DNA of 64,000 nucleotides, taken from positions 39,142 through 103,141 of the forward strand of contig JBBRRZ010000004.1 in NCBI GenBank assembly GCA_038245845.1, read 5' to 3'. The stretch comes from Candidatus Limnocylindrales bacterium (GTDB lineage: Bacteria; Chloroflexota; Limnocylindria; Limnocylindrales; CSP1-4). Position numbers and translations under genes: made by a program. This document shows, piece by piece, positions 30,485 through 38,950 of this stretch. The notes under the pieces are model-generated. The model was not told where the DNA came from. It made no database searches and was given only the letters and a program-made list of their open reading frames with translations. Every line of letters starts with the position of its first letter. Within the stretch, counting starts at the first letter, position 1.

Positions 30485-30739
30485 TCAGCGCTCGGCGGCT
30501 TCGGCCTCGGTGTCGTCCGAGCGGCGGGTCCCGCCCTGCGCGGTCGGCGTCCACGAGCGGTCGGCGTAGCGGAGCTGGCGCTGGATGAGGTCGTCGGAGA
30601 GGCGCTCCGCGTCGGCTCGAATGAGCTCGCGCTCGCGTGCCTCCTCGTCGAGCGGGCTATCGTCGGCCGCCGCATCGGCGGGGATCTCCGCGGCCGCGTC
30701 GGGCGGCGGCCCACCGAGGAGCCGGCGCAGGAAGCCCAC
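30485..30739 (-). CDS. Small acidic hypothetical protein
   Basis: MGFLRRLLGG amphipathic N-terminus; follows hydrolase gene by 3 nt. Confidence 0.65.
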   Translation of the reverse strand: MGFLRRLLGGPPPDAAAEIPADAAADDSPLDEEARERELIRADAERLSDDLIQRQLRYADRSWTPTAQGGTRRSDDTEAEAAER

Positions 30740-30742
30740 CCG

Positions 30743-31510
30743 TCAGCCGCCCGTCGTGTGGTCGCGGATGAAGTCGAGCGTCCGGGCCCACGCCTGGGCG
30801 GACTGGTCAGCGAACTCGTCGGCCTTGCGATCGAAGAACGAGTGGGGCGCGCCCTCGTACACGACGATCTCGTCGTCGCGTCCGGCCGACCGAAGCGCCG
30901 CGGCCCAGGCCTCGCGAACCTCGGCGGTGATGCCCTGGTCCGCGCCGCCGACGATCGACAGCAGGGGAGCATCGAGTGTGTCCACGACATCGGCGGGCGC
31001 CGGGGTGTCGTTGCGCGCGGGCCCGGTGGGCCAGCCGTAGAAGGCGACGACGCCCGCGAGGTCGAGGCCGAAGCCTGCGCTGAGCAAGGCCAGTCGGCCG
31101 CCCATGCAGAACCCGGTCGTGAACAGGCTCGTCGAGGGTGTCGTGGCGCGCAGATGGGTCGCGGCGGCAGCCGTGTCCGCCCGAAGGGTGGCGAAGGTGG
31201 TCCGGGCGACGTGGGGGCCGAATTCGAAGCCCTCGCCGCGGTCGCCGATGCCGGCGGTTCGGGCGAAGTAGTCGATGGCGATGGCGTCCACGCCGTGCTC
31301 CGCGAAGCGCAGCGCGAGCTCCCGGTAGTAGCCGTGGAGGCCGCGGACGTCGGGAAGGATGACGATCCCGGCACCCGTTGGCTCGGCCGCGTGCGCCTCA
31401 TAGGCGGCAAACCGGGTGCCATCGGCGGCGACGAGGACGAGCTCCTGCGCGTCGAGCGCACCACCGGTGATCTCCGGGATGGGCGGGTGCGAGTCATGGT
31501 CGAAGCACAT
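30743..31510 (-). CDS. Dienelactone hydrolase family protein
   Basis: LPDVRGL, GFCMGG nucleophile, GGADQGI, YEGAPHSFFD. Confidence 0.92.
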   Translation of the reverse strand: MCFDHDSHPPIPEITGGALDAQELVLVAADGTRFAAYEAHAAEPTGAGIVILPDVRGLHGYYRELALRFAEHGVDAIAIDYFARTAGIGDRGEGFEFGPHVARTTFATLRADTAAAATHLRATTPSTSLFTTGFCMGGRLALLSAGFGLDLAGVVAFYGWPTGPARNDTPAPADVVDTLDAPLLSIVGGADQGITAEVREAWAAALRSAGRDDEIVVYEGAPHSFFDRKADEFADQSAQAWARTLDFIRDHTTGG

Positions 31511-31589
31511 GCAGCGGTCTCCTGGGACGCGGGCGCGGTCGTCGTTCCGGGACAAGTGTGCGTGAAGTGGCGCGCTTCATGCTGGGGTC

Positions 31590-32408
31590 ATGGACTTCGG
31601 GCGGGCGGGACGAGCGGTTCGGGCGCTGCGAGTCCGCCGTGGCTGGCGCCAGGCGGATGTCGCGGAGCGGGCGGAGATCGGCCGTTCGGTCGTCGGGCGG
31701 ATCGAGCGCGGCGAGGTGGCGGGTCTTTCGCTGGACGACCTGGCGTCGGTCGCCCTCGCGCTGGGCGCCACCATTGACCTCCAGGTCCGATGGCAGGGCG
31801 AGGCGCTGGACCGGTTGCTCGACGAAGGGCATGCGCGGCTGGTCGAGGCTGTGGTGCGGGAGCTGGCGGCGCTCGGCTGGGACGTGGCGGTGGAGGTGTC
31901 GTTTGCCGGCGGCGGCGAACGGGGATCGATCGACGTGCTGGCGTTCCACCCCGCGGAGCGCGCGCTGGTCGTGATCGAGGTCAAGTCCGTCACGCCGGAC
32001 ATGCAGTCGATGCTCATGGGGCTGGACCGAAAGGGCCGGATCGGGGCGACCCTTGCCCGCGACCGTGGCTGGGACGCACGCGTCGTGGCGCGGGTGCTGG
32101 TGCTGTGGGACACGCGAACGAATCGACGGCGGCTGGAGCGGGTCGCGTCGACGATCGCGGTTGCCCTGCCGGGCGGCACGCGCGAGGTCCGGCGATGGCT
32201 CGCGGATCCGGCAGGGGCGTCGGTCTCCGGCGTGTGGTTCGTGCCCCATGTCCAGGGGCTGGACGGGACGGGGATCCGCCGACGGCGTGTGCGGGTCCCC
32301 GAGGGCGCCGACGGGACGTCCGGTCCGGCGCCTGCGAGTGCGGCGCTTGCCCCGGCTGGTTCGCCCGGACCGCCCGCTCGCCGTCCGGATCCCCCACGCG
32401 GAGGGTAG
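31590..32408 (+). CDS. XRE-family HTH fused to PD-(D/E)XK nuclease-like domain
   Basis: LRVRRGWRQADVAERAEIGRSVVGRIERG (HTH); H..LVE, VEVSF, GSIDVLAF...LVVIEVKS (D...ExK). Confidence 0.82.
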   Translation: MDFGRAGRAVRALRVRRGWRQADVAERAEIGRSVVGRIERGEVAGLSLDDLASVALALGATIDLQVRWQGEALDRLLDEGHARLVEAVVRELAALGWDVAVEVSFAGGGERGSIDVLAFHPAERALVVIEVKSVTPDMQSMLMGLDRKGRIGATLARDRGWDARVVARVLVLWDTRTNRRRLERVASTIAVALPGGTREVRRWLADPAGASVSGVWFVPHVQGLDGTGIRRRRVRVPEGADGTSGPAPASAALAPAGSPGPPARRPDPPRGG

Positions 32409-32718
32409 TCGGGCGCTCATCGGCCGTGCCTTCGCGTCAGATGTCCAAGGGGTGGCCCGTATCTGGCGTTCCGTCACGCTCGTTGCGGCCCGACGCGGTG
32501 GCCCACGCACGAAGCCGACGTCCGCGACCCGAGATCGCCCAGTCGAATCCGGCGCAAGTGCACCCCATGGACGCTAGTCAAGACCTGTTCGCCTACGGGC
32601 CACCAGGTGGACCGCTGTCAGGTCCGCGGGCACCGATGGCGGGTTACGGTCCACCAGCTGGACCGTTGCCGGTTGCAGCCCAGGTTGGCGCCGATACGGT
32701 CCAAGGGTTGGACATCTG
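32250..32718. repeat. Array of six GTCCA-N5-TGGAC-type palindromes; outer intergenic copies form an imperfect inverted repeat
   Basis: Copies at 32250, 32443, 32558, 32598, 32649 and 32699 (0-1 mismatch); 32438-32468 and 32689-32718 are reverse complements at 25 of 31 positions. Confidence 0.8.
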
Positions 32719-32725
32719 CCGGAAG

Positions 32726-33012
32726 CCGGGCGAGGGCGGGGTCCCGGCCGAGGGCGGGGTCCCGGGCAAGGGCGAGCACCCGGGCAAGGGCGACAAGCGA
32801 GCACGCGGGCGAGGGCGAGGACCCGGCCGAGGGCGGGTCCCGGGCAAGGGCGAGCACCCGGGCAAGGGCGACAAGCGAGGACCCGGCCGAGGGCGGGGTC
32901 CCGGGCGAGGGCGAGGACCTGGCCGAGGGCGGGGTCCCGGGCAAGGGCGAGCACCCGGGCAAGGGCGGGCGAGGCCCCGGCCGAGGGCGAGGCCCCGGGC
33001 GAGGGCGAGGAC
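32726..33012. repeat. Degenerate G-rich 18-bp tandem repeat (CCGGGCGAGGGCGAGGAC-like), 15 units
   Basis: Parsed by eye, with a higher-order block of three units recurring. Confidence 0.92.
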
Positions 33013-33087
33013 CCGGGAGCCGGGCGGGAGGCCGGCGAGGCGGCGAACTCGAGGCCGAGGGCGGCCGGCCGCCCGAGCCTGCTCCGC

Positions 33088-33093
33088 TAGAAT
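33088..33093 (+). promoter_or_regulatory. -10 element TAGAAT of probably leaderless lysC transcript
   Basis: TAGAAT 7 nt before ATG 33101; no Shine-Dalgarno. Confidence 0.6.
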
Positions 33094-33100
33094 GCCGCCC

Positions 33101-34405
33101 ATGCCCAACCCGCTCGTCGTGATGAAGTTCGGCGGTTCGTCGGTGGCGGGCGCGGAGCGCATCAAGCGGGTCGCGCGCCGCATCGCCCGCGAGCGCACGC
33201 GGGGGAGCGACCTCGTCGTCGTCGTGTCCGCGATGGGCGACACCACCGACGAGCTCCTCTCGCTCGCCGCCGCCATCACCGACGACCCCGATCCCCGTGA
33301 GCTCGACGTCCTTCTCGCCACCGGCGAGCACCAGAGCGCGACGCTGGTGTCGATGGCCCTCCAGGCGATGGGCGTCGCCGCGATCAGCCTCACCGGCCCC
33401 CAGGCCGGCATCACCACCGATGGGCGCTACGGCAAGGCGCGAATTGCGGGCATCGATCCGCGCCGTGTCCGCCGCGAGATCGCCGCGGGCAAGGTCGTCA
33501 TCGTCGCGGGCTTCCAGGGGATGAGCGTCACGCCGCTCGACGCGATGGACAACTCGCCCACGGCGAGCGACGTCCACGGCGCGGAGATCACGACGCTCGG
33601 GCGTGGCGGTTCCGACACGACCGCCGTCGCACTCGCCGCCCAGCTCATGGCGGACCGCTGCCAGATCTTCACCGACGTGAAGGGCATCTACACCGCCGAC
33701 CCCCGCATCGCGACCGACGCCCGCCAGCTGTCCGTCATCGGCTACGAGGAGATGATGGAGCTCGCAAACCAGGGCGCCCAGGTGATGCAGGTCCGGGCCG
33801 TGGAGCTCGGCTGGGTCAACGACGTCGTCATCGAGGTCCTCAGCTCGTTCGAGGACGCCCCCGGCACGCAGATCAGGGAGGACCCGCTCGTGGAGCAGCG
33901 GAACAAGGTCCGGGGCCTCGCCCATGACCGCAACGTCGCCAAGATCACGCTCGTCGGCGTCCCGGACCAGCCAGGTCTTGCGCGCAGCGTCTTCGGACCG
34001 CTGGCGGACGCCGGCATCAACGTCGACATGATCGTCCAGAACGTGGGCCACGGCGGCTCCACGGACCTGTCGTTCACGATCCCGCGCGTCGAGCTCGCGA
34101 AGGCGAAGCGCATGCTCGAGCCGATGATCCGAGACCTCGGCTTCCGGGACCTCACGACCGACTCGAGCGTCGCGAAGATCTCGATCGTCGGGGCGGGTAT
34201 CCAGAACGCCCCGGGCTACGCCGCCAGGATGTTCGGGACGCTGGCGGACGCCGGCATCAACATCGAGATGATCTCCACGTCCGAGATCCGGATCACCACG
34301 ATCATCGCCGAGGACCGCGTGGAGGAGGCCGTCCGTGCACTCCATGCAACCTTCGAGCTCGAGCAGCCCGAGAGCATCGAGGCCGCCGGCGCGACGGCTG
34401 GCTGA
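33101..34405 (+). CDS. lysC: Aspartate kinase with two ACT domains
   Basis: VMKFGGSSV, VVSAMGDTTD, TTLGRGGSDTTA, TDVKGIYTADP, MISTSEI. Confidence 0.96.
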   Translation: MPNPLVVMKFGGSSVAGAERIKRVARRIARERTRGSDLVVVVSAMGDTTDELLSLAAAITDDPDPRELDVLLATGEHQSATLVSMALQAMGVAAISLTGPQAGITTDGRYGKARIAGIDPRRVRREIAAGKVVIVAGFQGMSVTPLDAMDNSPTASDVHGAEITTLGRGGSDTTAVALAAQLMADRCQIFTDVKGIYTADPRIATDARQLSVIGYEEMMELANQGAQVMQVRAVELGWVNDVVIEVLSSFEDAPGTQIREDPLVEQRNKVRGLAHDRNVAKITLVGVPDQPGLARSVFGPLADAGINVDMIVQNVGHGGSTDLSFTIPRVELAKAKRMLEPMIRDLGFRDLTTDSSVAKISIVGAGIQNAPGYAARMFGTLADAGINIEMISTSEIRITTIIAEDRVEEAVRALHATFELEQPESIEAAGATAG

Positions 34406-34409
34406 GCGC

Positions 34410-35294
34410 GTGGCGGAGGCACCGGCTACGACCACGTTCGGGCGCGTCGAACGGTTCGCGAGCATCGGCTCGACGAACGACGTCGTCCGCGGCTGGCTCG
34501 CGAGTGGCGAGCCCGAGATCTGCCTGGCCGTGGCCGGTGAGCAGACGGCGGGCCGCGGCCGGCACGGTCGTACATGGACGGCACCGCCCGGGGCGGCACT
34601 CCTCAGCTCGCTCGGCTTCCGGCCGACGTGGCTCACCGCCGACCGCGCGTGGCGGCTTCCCGCGACCGTCGCGCTGGCGATGTGCGACGCGGCCGAGGAC
34701 GTGGCGGGGCTCCCGGTCGGCGCGGTGCGTCTCAAGTGGCCAAACGATCTCGTGATCGAGACGGGCGGTCCGCGGGCGCTCCTCGTCGGTGAGCTCTCGG
34801 CCGAGGGTGCGGCGGCGCGGCTGGCGGGTCCGCTCGGGCTGCGCAAGCTCGCCGGCGTCCTGGGCGAGACCGAGGGCCTCGGGACCGATGATCCGCGAGT
34901 TGTCGTGGGAATCGGGATCAACGCCGGCTGGCCGGTGGCCGAGTTTCCGCCTGAGCTTGCGGACACGATGACCAGCCTCCACCACGCGTCCGCAGGCCGC
35001 CCGATCGACCTCGAAACCCTGCTTGCCGCGTTCATGGCGGGTGTCGAGGCACGGGTCGCGGCGCTCCGCACGGGGTACTTCGACCTGGGCGGCTGGGCCG
35101 AGCGCCAGGCGACGACCGGTCGACGCATCACCCTCGACGGGGATGGTGGGGCGGCGGCCGAGCCCGTGACTGCACTCGGGGTCGATGCCGCGACCGGCGC
35201 GCTCGTGATCGAGGACTCCGCCACGCTCTCGGGTGAGCGGCTCGTGCACGCGGGCGAGGTCGCCCGCGTGCGGCTCGCCCCGGAGCGGGTGTAA
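34410..35294 (+). CDS. birA: Biotin-[acetyl-CoA carboxylase] ligase, no N-terminal HTH
   Basis: STND, EQTAGRGRHGRTW, LKWPNDL, RKLAGVL, VVGIGIN. Confidence 0.92.
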   Translation: MAEAPATTTFGRVERFASIGSTNDVVRGWLASGEPEICLAVAGEQTAGRGRHGRTWTAPPGAALLSSLGFRPTWLTADRAWRLPATVALAMCDAAEDVAGLPVGAVRLKWPNDLVIETGGPRALLVGELSAEGAAARLAGPLGLRKLAGVLGETEGLGTDDPRVVVGIGINAGWPVAEFPPELADTMTSLHHASAGRPIDLETLLAAFMAGVEARVAALRTGYFDLGGWAERQATTGRRITLDGDGGAAAEPVTALGVDAATGALVIEDSATLSGERLVHAGEVARVRLAPERV

Positions 35295-35298
35295 CACC

Positions 35299-35952
35299 AT
35301 GGCCGGGCCGGTGTTTGGTAGACGAGCGCGACCGGAGGAGGCGTCGGTCGTCGTGCTCGATCGCGACCGCGCCAGCGTGGAGGCGGCCCGCCGCGACCCG
35401 TCCCGGTTCGACGCCCTGTATCGGAAGTACCTCGCCCAGGTGTACGCGTTCGCGCTCTACGAGCTCGGTGACCACCACGCCGCGGAAGACGCGACGGAAA
35501 AGGTGTTCCTGCGCGCGCTTGCCGCCCTGCCCCGCTTCCGCGATCTCGCCCGCCCGCAGGACGGCCCCGAGGCGTCCACGTTCCGCGTGTGGCTGTTCCG
35601 GATCGCCCGCAACGTCGTCGCGAACGAGCGTCGCGCCAATCGTCGCCGGCCCACGGCCTCGCTCGATGTCGTGCTCGGCGCCGGCCTCGCGATCCCGGAC
35701 ACGACCGATGTCGAGGCCGAGGCTGTCACCCGCGACGAGGCGACCGCGGCCCTCCGCGCGCTGCGGGCACTCCCCGATGACCGGCGTCGCGCGCTCGTGC
35801 TGCGCTTCGTCGACGAGATGAGCACCGCCGAGATCGCCGCCATCCTCGACCGCTCAGAGGGCGCCGTGCGTGTCCTCATCCACCGCGCGCTGGGCAGCGT
35901 CGCGAAGGAGCTGGGCCGGGACCGGGGCGACTCGACGGACCGCACGAGTTGA
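35299..35952 (+). CDS. ECF-type sigma-70 factor
   Basis: Region 2 AEDATEKVFLRA...WLFRIARN; region 4 LPDDRRRALVLRFVDEMSTAEIAAIL...AVRVLIHRA. Confidence 0.92.
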   Translation: MAGPVFGRRARPEEASVVVLDRDRASVEAARRDPSRFDALYRKYLAQVYAFALYELGDHHAAEDATEKVFLRALAALPRFRDLARPQDGPEASTFRVWLFRIARNVVANERRANRRRPTASLDVVLGAGLAIPDTTDVEAEAVTRDEATAALRALRALPDDRRRALVLRFVDEMSTAEIAAILDRSEGAVRVLIHRALGSVAKELGRDRGDSTDRTS

Positions 35953-36467
35953 TGCTCGAGCACGAGGTCGAGGCGCTCGTCGCGGATCGGTACCTCGATG
36001 CGCTGCTGGCCGCCGTCGAGCGTCATGCGCTCGATGCCCCAGCCGACGTCGGCCTGGACCCTCACCTCCGCGAGGCGGCTCGGGCCCTCCGGCGGTCGCT
36101 TGTCCGCGTCCACCCCTCGTTCCGGTTCGAGGAACGGCTCGCCGGCCGCCTCGCCGGGCTCGCCGCGGCCCAGTCCACGCCCGCGCTCGCCTCGGCAAGT
36201 CGCGGCAGGCTCATCGAGTTCCCGGCCGCGCCCGCAAGCCTCGACGCCGACCCGCTCCTCGGCGCGATCCTCCGGGGCGACCTCGACCCCACCGACGCGG
36301 ACGCAATCGAGCGCGCCGCCCGAGCGCCGGGTGCCCGCCGTCCGCTCATCGTGGGCGGCGCGATCACGTCCGCGGCTCTCTCCATCGTCGGCGTGGCGTA
36401 CGTCGCCTGGCGCGCCTCCCGACCCGCCGCGTCCGCCGCGATCGGCATCCCCGGAGGGCTCGCCTGA
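35952..36467 (+). CDS. Putative membrane-anchored anti-sigma factor
   Basis: Coupled to sigma stop (TGATG); helical N-terminus with PSFRFEERL; one C-terminal TM. Confidence 0.6.
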   Translation: MLEHEVEALVADRYLDALLAAVERHALDAPADVGLDPHLREAARALRRSLVRVHPSFRFEERLAGRLAGLAAAQSTPALASASRGRLIEFPAAPASLDADPLLGAILRGDLDPTDADAIERAARAPGARRPLIVGGAITSAALSIVGVAYVAWRASRPAASAAIGIPGGLA

Positions 36468-37318
36468 TGCCGATGAAGTTCCCCACCTTCCGGTCCCGTC
36501 GCGAGGGCCCCACGGCCGAGCAGATGTGGACTCGCTGCCCGTCCTGCCAGGAGCAGCTGTTCAACAAGCAGCTCGAGAAGGCCATGCAGGTCTGCCCCAC
36601 CTGCGGCCACCACTTTCGGCTCCCGGCGGCCGTCCGCCTGGCACAGCTGCTCGACGAGGGCACCTTCGAGGAACGTGATCCCGGGCTCGTGTCGGTGGAT
36701 CCCCTGGGCTTCGTCGACCAGAAGGCGTACCCGGACCGGATCGCGGCCGCGCAGCTGGCGACCGGGCTCCGCGACGCGGCCATCTGGGGCGTCGGGAAGA
36801 TCGAGGGCCAGCGGATCGCGATCCTCGTGATGGACTTCGGGTTCATGGGCGGCTCGATGGGCGCCGTCGTGGGCGAGAAGGTCGCGCGAGCCGCGGAGGG
36901 CGCTCTCGCGGAGCGCATCCCGCTGGTGATCGTGTCCGCGTCCGGCGGGGCCCGGATGCAGGAGGGCACGTTCGCGCTCATGCAGCTCGCGAAGACCATG
37001 GGCGCCGTGGAGCGGCTGCGGGCCGCCGGCGTCCCGTACCTGTCCGTGATGACCGACCCCACGACCGGTGGGACGTTCGCAAGCTATGCCGCGATGGGCG
37101 ACGTCAACTTCGCCGAGCCAAACGCGCTGATCGGGTTTGCCGGTGCACGGGTCGGCGCGGGCACGATCGGCCAGGAGCTGCCGCCGGGCTTCCAGCGCGC
37201 CGAGTTCCTGTTCCGCCACGGCTTCGTCGATCGTGTCGTCCAGCGCGCCGACCTGCGCCGGGAGATCGCGCACATCCTCCGCTTCCTCGCTCCGAGCCGG
37301 GAGGCCGTCCGTGGTTGA
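36467..37318 (+). CDS. accD: Acetyl-CoA carboxylase carboxyltransferase beta subunit
   Basis: WTRCPSC...CPTCGHH Zn ribbon, FMGGSMG, SGGARMQEG, PTTGG, IGFAG. Confidence 0.96.
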   Translation: MPMKFPTFRSRREGPTAEQMWTRCPSCQEQLFNKQLEKAMQVCPTCGHHFRLPAAVRLAQLLDEGTFEERDPGLVSVDPLGFVDQKAYPDRIAAAQLATGLRDAAIWGVGKIEGQRIAILVMDFGFMGGSMGAVVGEKVARAAEGALAERIPLVIVSASGGARMQEGTFALMQLAKTMGAVERLRAAGVPYLSVMTDPTTGGTFASYAAMGDVNFAEPNALIGFAGARVGAGTIGQELPPGFQRAEFLFRHGFVDRVVQRADLRREIAHILRFLAPSREAVRG

Positions 37319-38345
37319 CCGCATCCGCAACCGCAATCGCGAGGCCCGCGACGGCGACGCCGCCACGGACGAGGCGGCCACGCCGCCGCCCGCCGACGCG
37401 AAAGCGGCGAACTGGGCACGCGTCCAGCTGGCTCGCAATCTCCGGCGGCCCCGGATCCTCGAGTTCCTCGCGGTCATGGCCGACGAGTTCATCGAGCTCC
37501 ACGGCGACCGCGTCTTCGGCGATGACGAGGCGGTCGTGGCGGGCTTTGCGCGGATCGGCGACTATCGGGTCGCCGTCGTCGGCCAGCAGAAGGGCGCGGA
37601 CACCGAGGAGAACGTCCGCCGCAGCTTCGGGATGCCCCACCCCGAGGGCTATCGCAAGGCGATGCGGATCATGGAGCTTGCCGAGCGCTCCGGCCTGCCG
37701 ATCGTGACCTTCGTGGACGTCCCGGGCGCCCACCCGGGCCCCGAGTCGGAGGAGCGCGGGATCGCCGAGGCCATCGCCCGCTCCGTGGGCCTCATGACCC
37801 GTTTGCGCACGCCGATCGTCACGGTGATCACGGGCGAGGGCGGCTCCGGCGGCGCCCTGGCGATCGCCGTCGGGGATGTCATCCTCGCGCTGGAGAACGC
37901 GGTTTACTCGGTCATCTCCCCGGAGGGTTGTGCAAGCATCCTGTGGCGCACGACCGACGAGGCGGCCACGGCCGCCCTCGCGATGAAGATGAGCGCCGGG
38001 GACCAGCACGCGCTGGGGATCATCGACGAGGTCATCCCCGAACCCGGCGAGGGAGCCCACGCCGATCCGGCGGAGACCGGCCGGCGCCTGAAGATCGCGA
38101 TCGTGCGTGAGCTGGACCGGCTGACGGCCATCCCGCTCGATTCGCTGGTCGAGCAGCGCTATCGCCGGTACCGTTCGCTCGGCGCGTACTCCGAGCTCGC
38201 CGGCCCGGCGCCCGCGCCCCCCATCCCGCCCCGTCCGGGCCTTGCGGACCGCCTGCGCGGGCTGCTCGAAGCCGGACAGCGGGCGATCCCCGCGCCGCTC
38301 CCGGTGGGGCGCCGCGATGAGCCACCCGCGCGCGAGGACGTCTAG
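37311..38345 (+). CDS. accA: Acetyl-CoA carboxylase carboxyltransferase alpha subunit
   Basis: FIELHGDR, FGMPHPEGYRKA, GEGGSGGALA, YSVISPEGCASILW. Confidence 0.96.
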   Translation: MVDRIRNRNREARDGDAATDEAATPPPADAKAANWARVQLARNLRRPRILEFLAVMADEFIELHGDRVFGDDEAVVAGFARIGDYRVAVVGQQKGADTEENVRRSFGMPHPEGYRKAMRIMELAERSGLPIVTFVDVPGAHPGPESEERGIAEAIARSVGLMTRLRTPIVTVITGEGGSGGALAIAVGDVILALENAVYSVISPEGCASILWRTTDEAATAALAMKMSAGDQHALGIIDEVIPEPGEGAHADPAETGRRLKIAIVRELDRLTAIPLDSLVEQRYRRYRSLGAYSELAGPAPAPPIPPRPGLADRLRGLLEAGQRAIPAPLPVGRRDEPPAREDV

Positions 38346-38348
38346 CCA

Positions 38349-38948
38349 ATGCCCGACCAGCACCAGCCCGGCGAACGCACGACCGCCCAGCGGCGGGCGG
38401 ATCACGCCGGCCTCGCACGCCTGTCCGACACGCTGGTCCCCGCGCTCGTCGCGAAGCTGACGGGGAGTGGGCTCGGCGAGCTCGAGGTCCGGGAGGGCGA
38501 CTGGAAGATCCGTGTCCGCCGCCCGCTCGGGAGCGGGTCGTCGGCCGCGGCCGGTGCCACGCGGCGCAGCGAGCGCCCGCGGATGGGCAGCCACGCGTAC
38601 GCCGAGGGCCGCGCGACCTCCGCGGGGTCGCGCGCGCAGCCCGGCGTGCCCGAGGGCCCCGCCGACAACCGTCGCGCGGTCGCCACATCGCCCGCGGTCG
38701 GCGTCTTCCGGCCCGGCCTCGCGATCGGCGCCAGCGTCCACGCAGGCGACCGGATCGCGATCGTGGACCTCCTGGGCATCCCCCAGGACGTCAGCGCGCC
38801 GATCGACGGGACGCTGGTGGAGATCTTCGTCCAGGCGGGCGAGGCCGTGGAATACGGTGAGGAGATCGGTGCGATCGAGGCGCCCGCCGCGGCCGCGACC
38901 GCCAGCGGCGACGACGTGGCCGGCGCGACCGCCGTCGGGGAGGCCTGA
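38349..38948 (+). CDS. BCCP-like protein lacking the biotinylated lysine (BADC-like)
   Basis: BCCP N-terminal motif LGELEVREGDWKIRVRR; biotinyl fold SPAVGVFR...VHAGDRIAIVDLLG...VSAPIDGTLVEIFVQAGEAVEYGE with DLLG replacing EAMK. Confidence 0.85.
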   Translation: MPDQHQPGERTTAQRRADHAGLARLSDTLVPALVAKLTGSGLGELEVREGDWKIRVRRPLGSGSSAAAGATRRSERPRMGSHAYAEGRATSAGSRAQPGVPEGPADNRRAVATSPAVGVFRPGLAIGASVHAGDRIAIVDLLGIPQDVSAPIDGTLVEIFVQAGEAVEYGEEIGAIEAPAAAATASGDDVAGATAVGEA

Positions 38949-38950
38949 GC

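Noticed and set aside
32250-33017. CRISPR array
   Set aside because: Repeats are short, degenerate and in mixed orientation, or tandem without spacers; no cas genes in the window
31790-33100. 871-aa ORF suggesting a long N-terminal extension of LysC
   Set aside because: Extension is an alternative frame of the nuclease gene plus repeat DNA; a clear -10 sits just before ATG 33101
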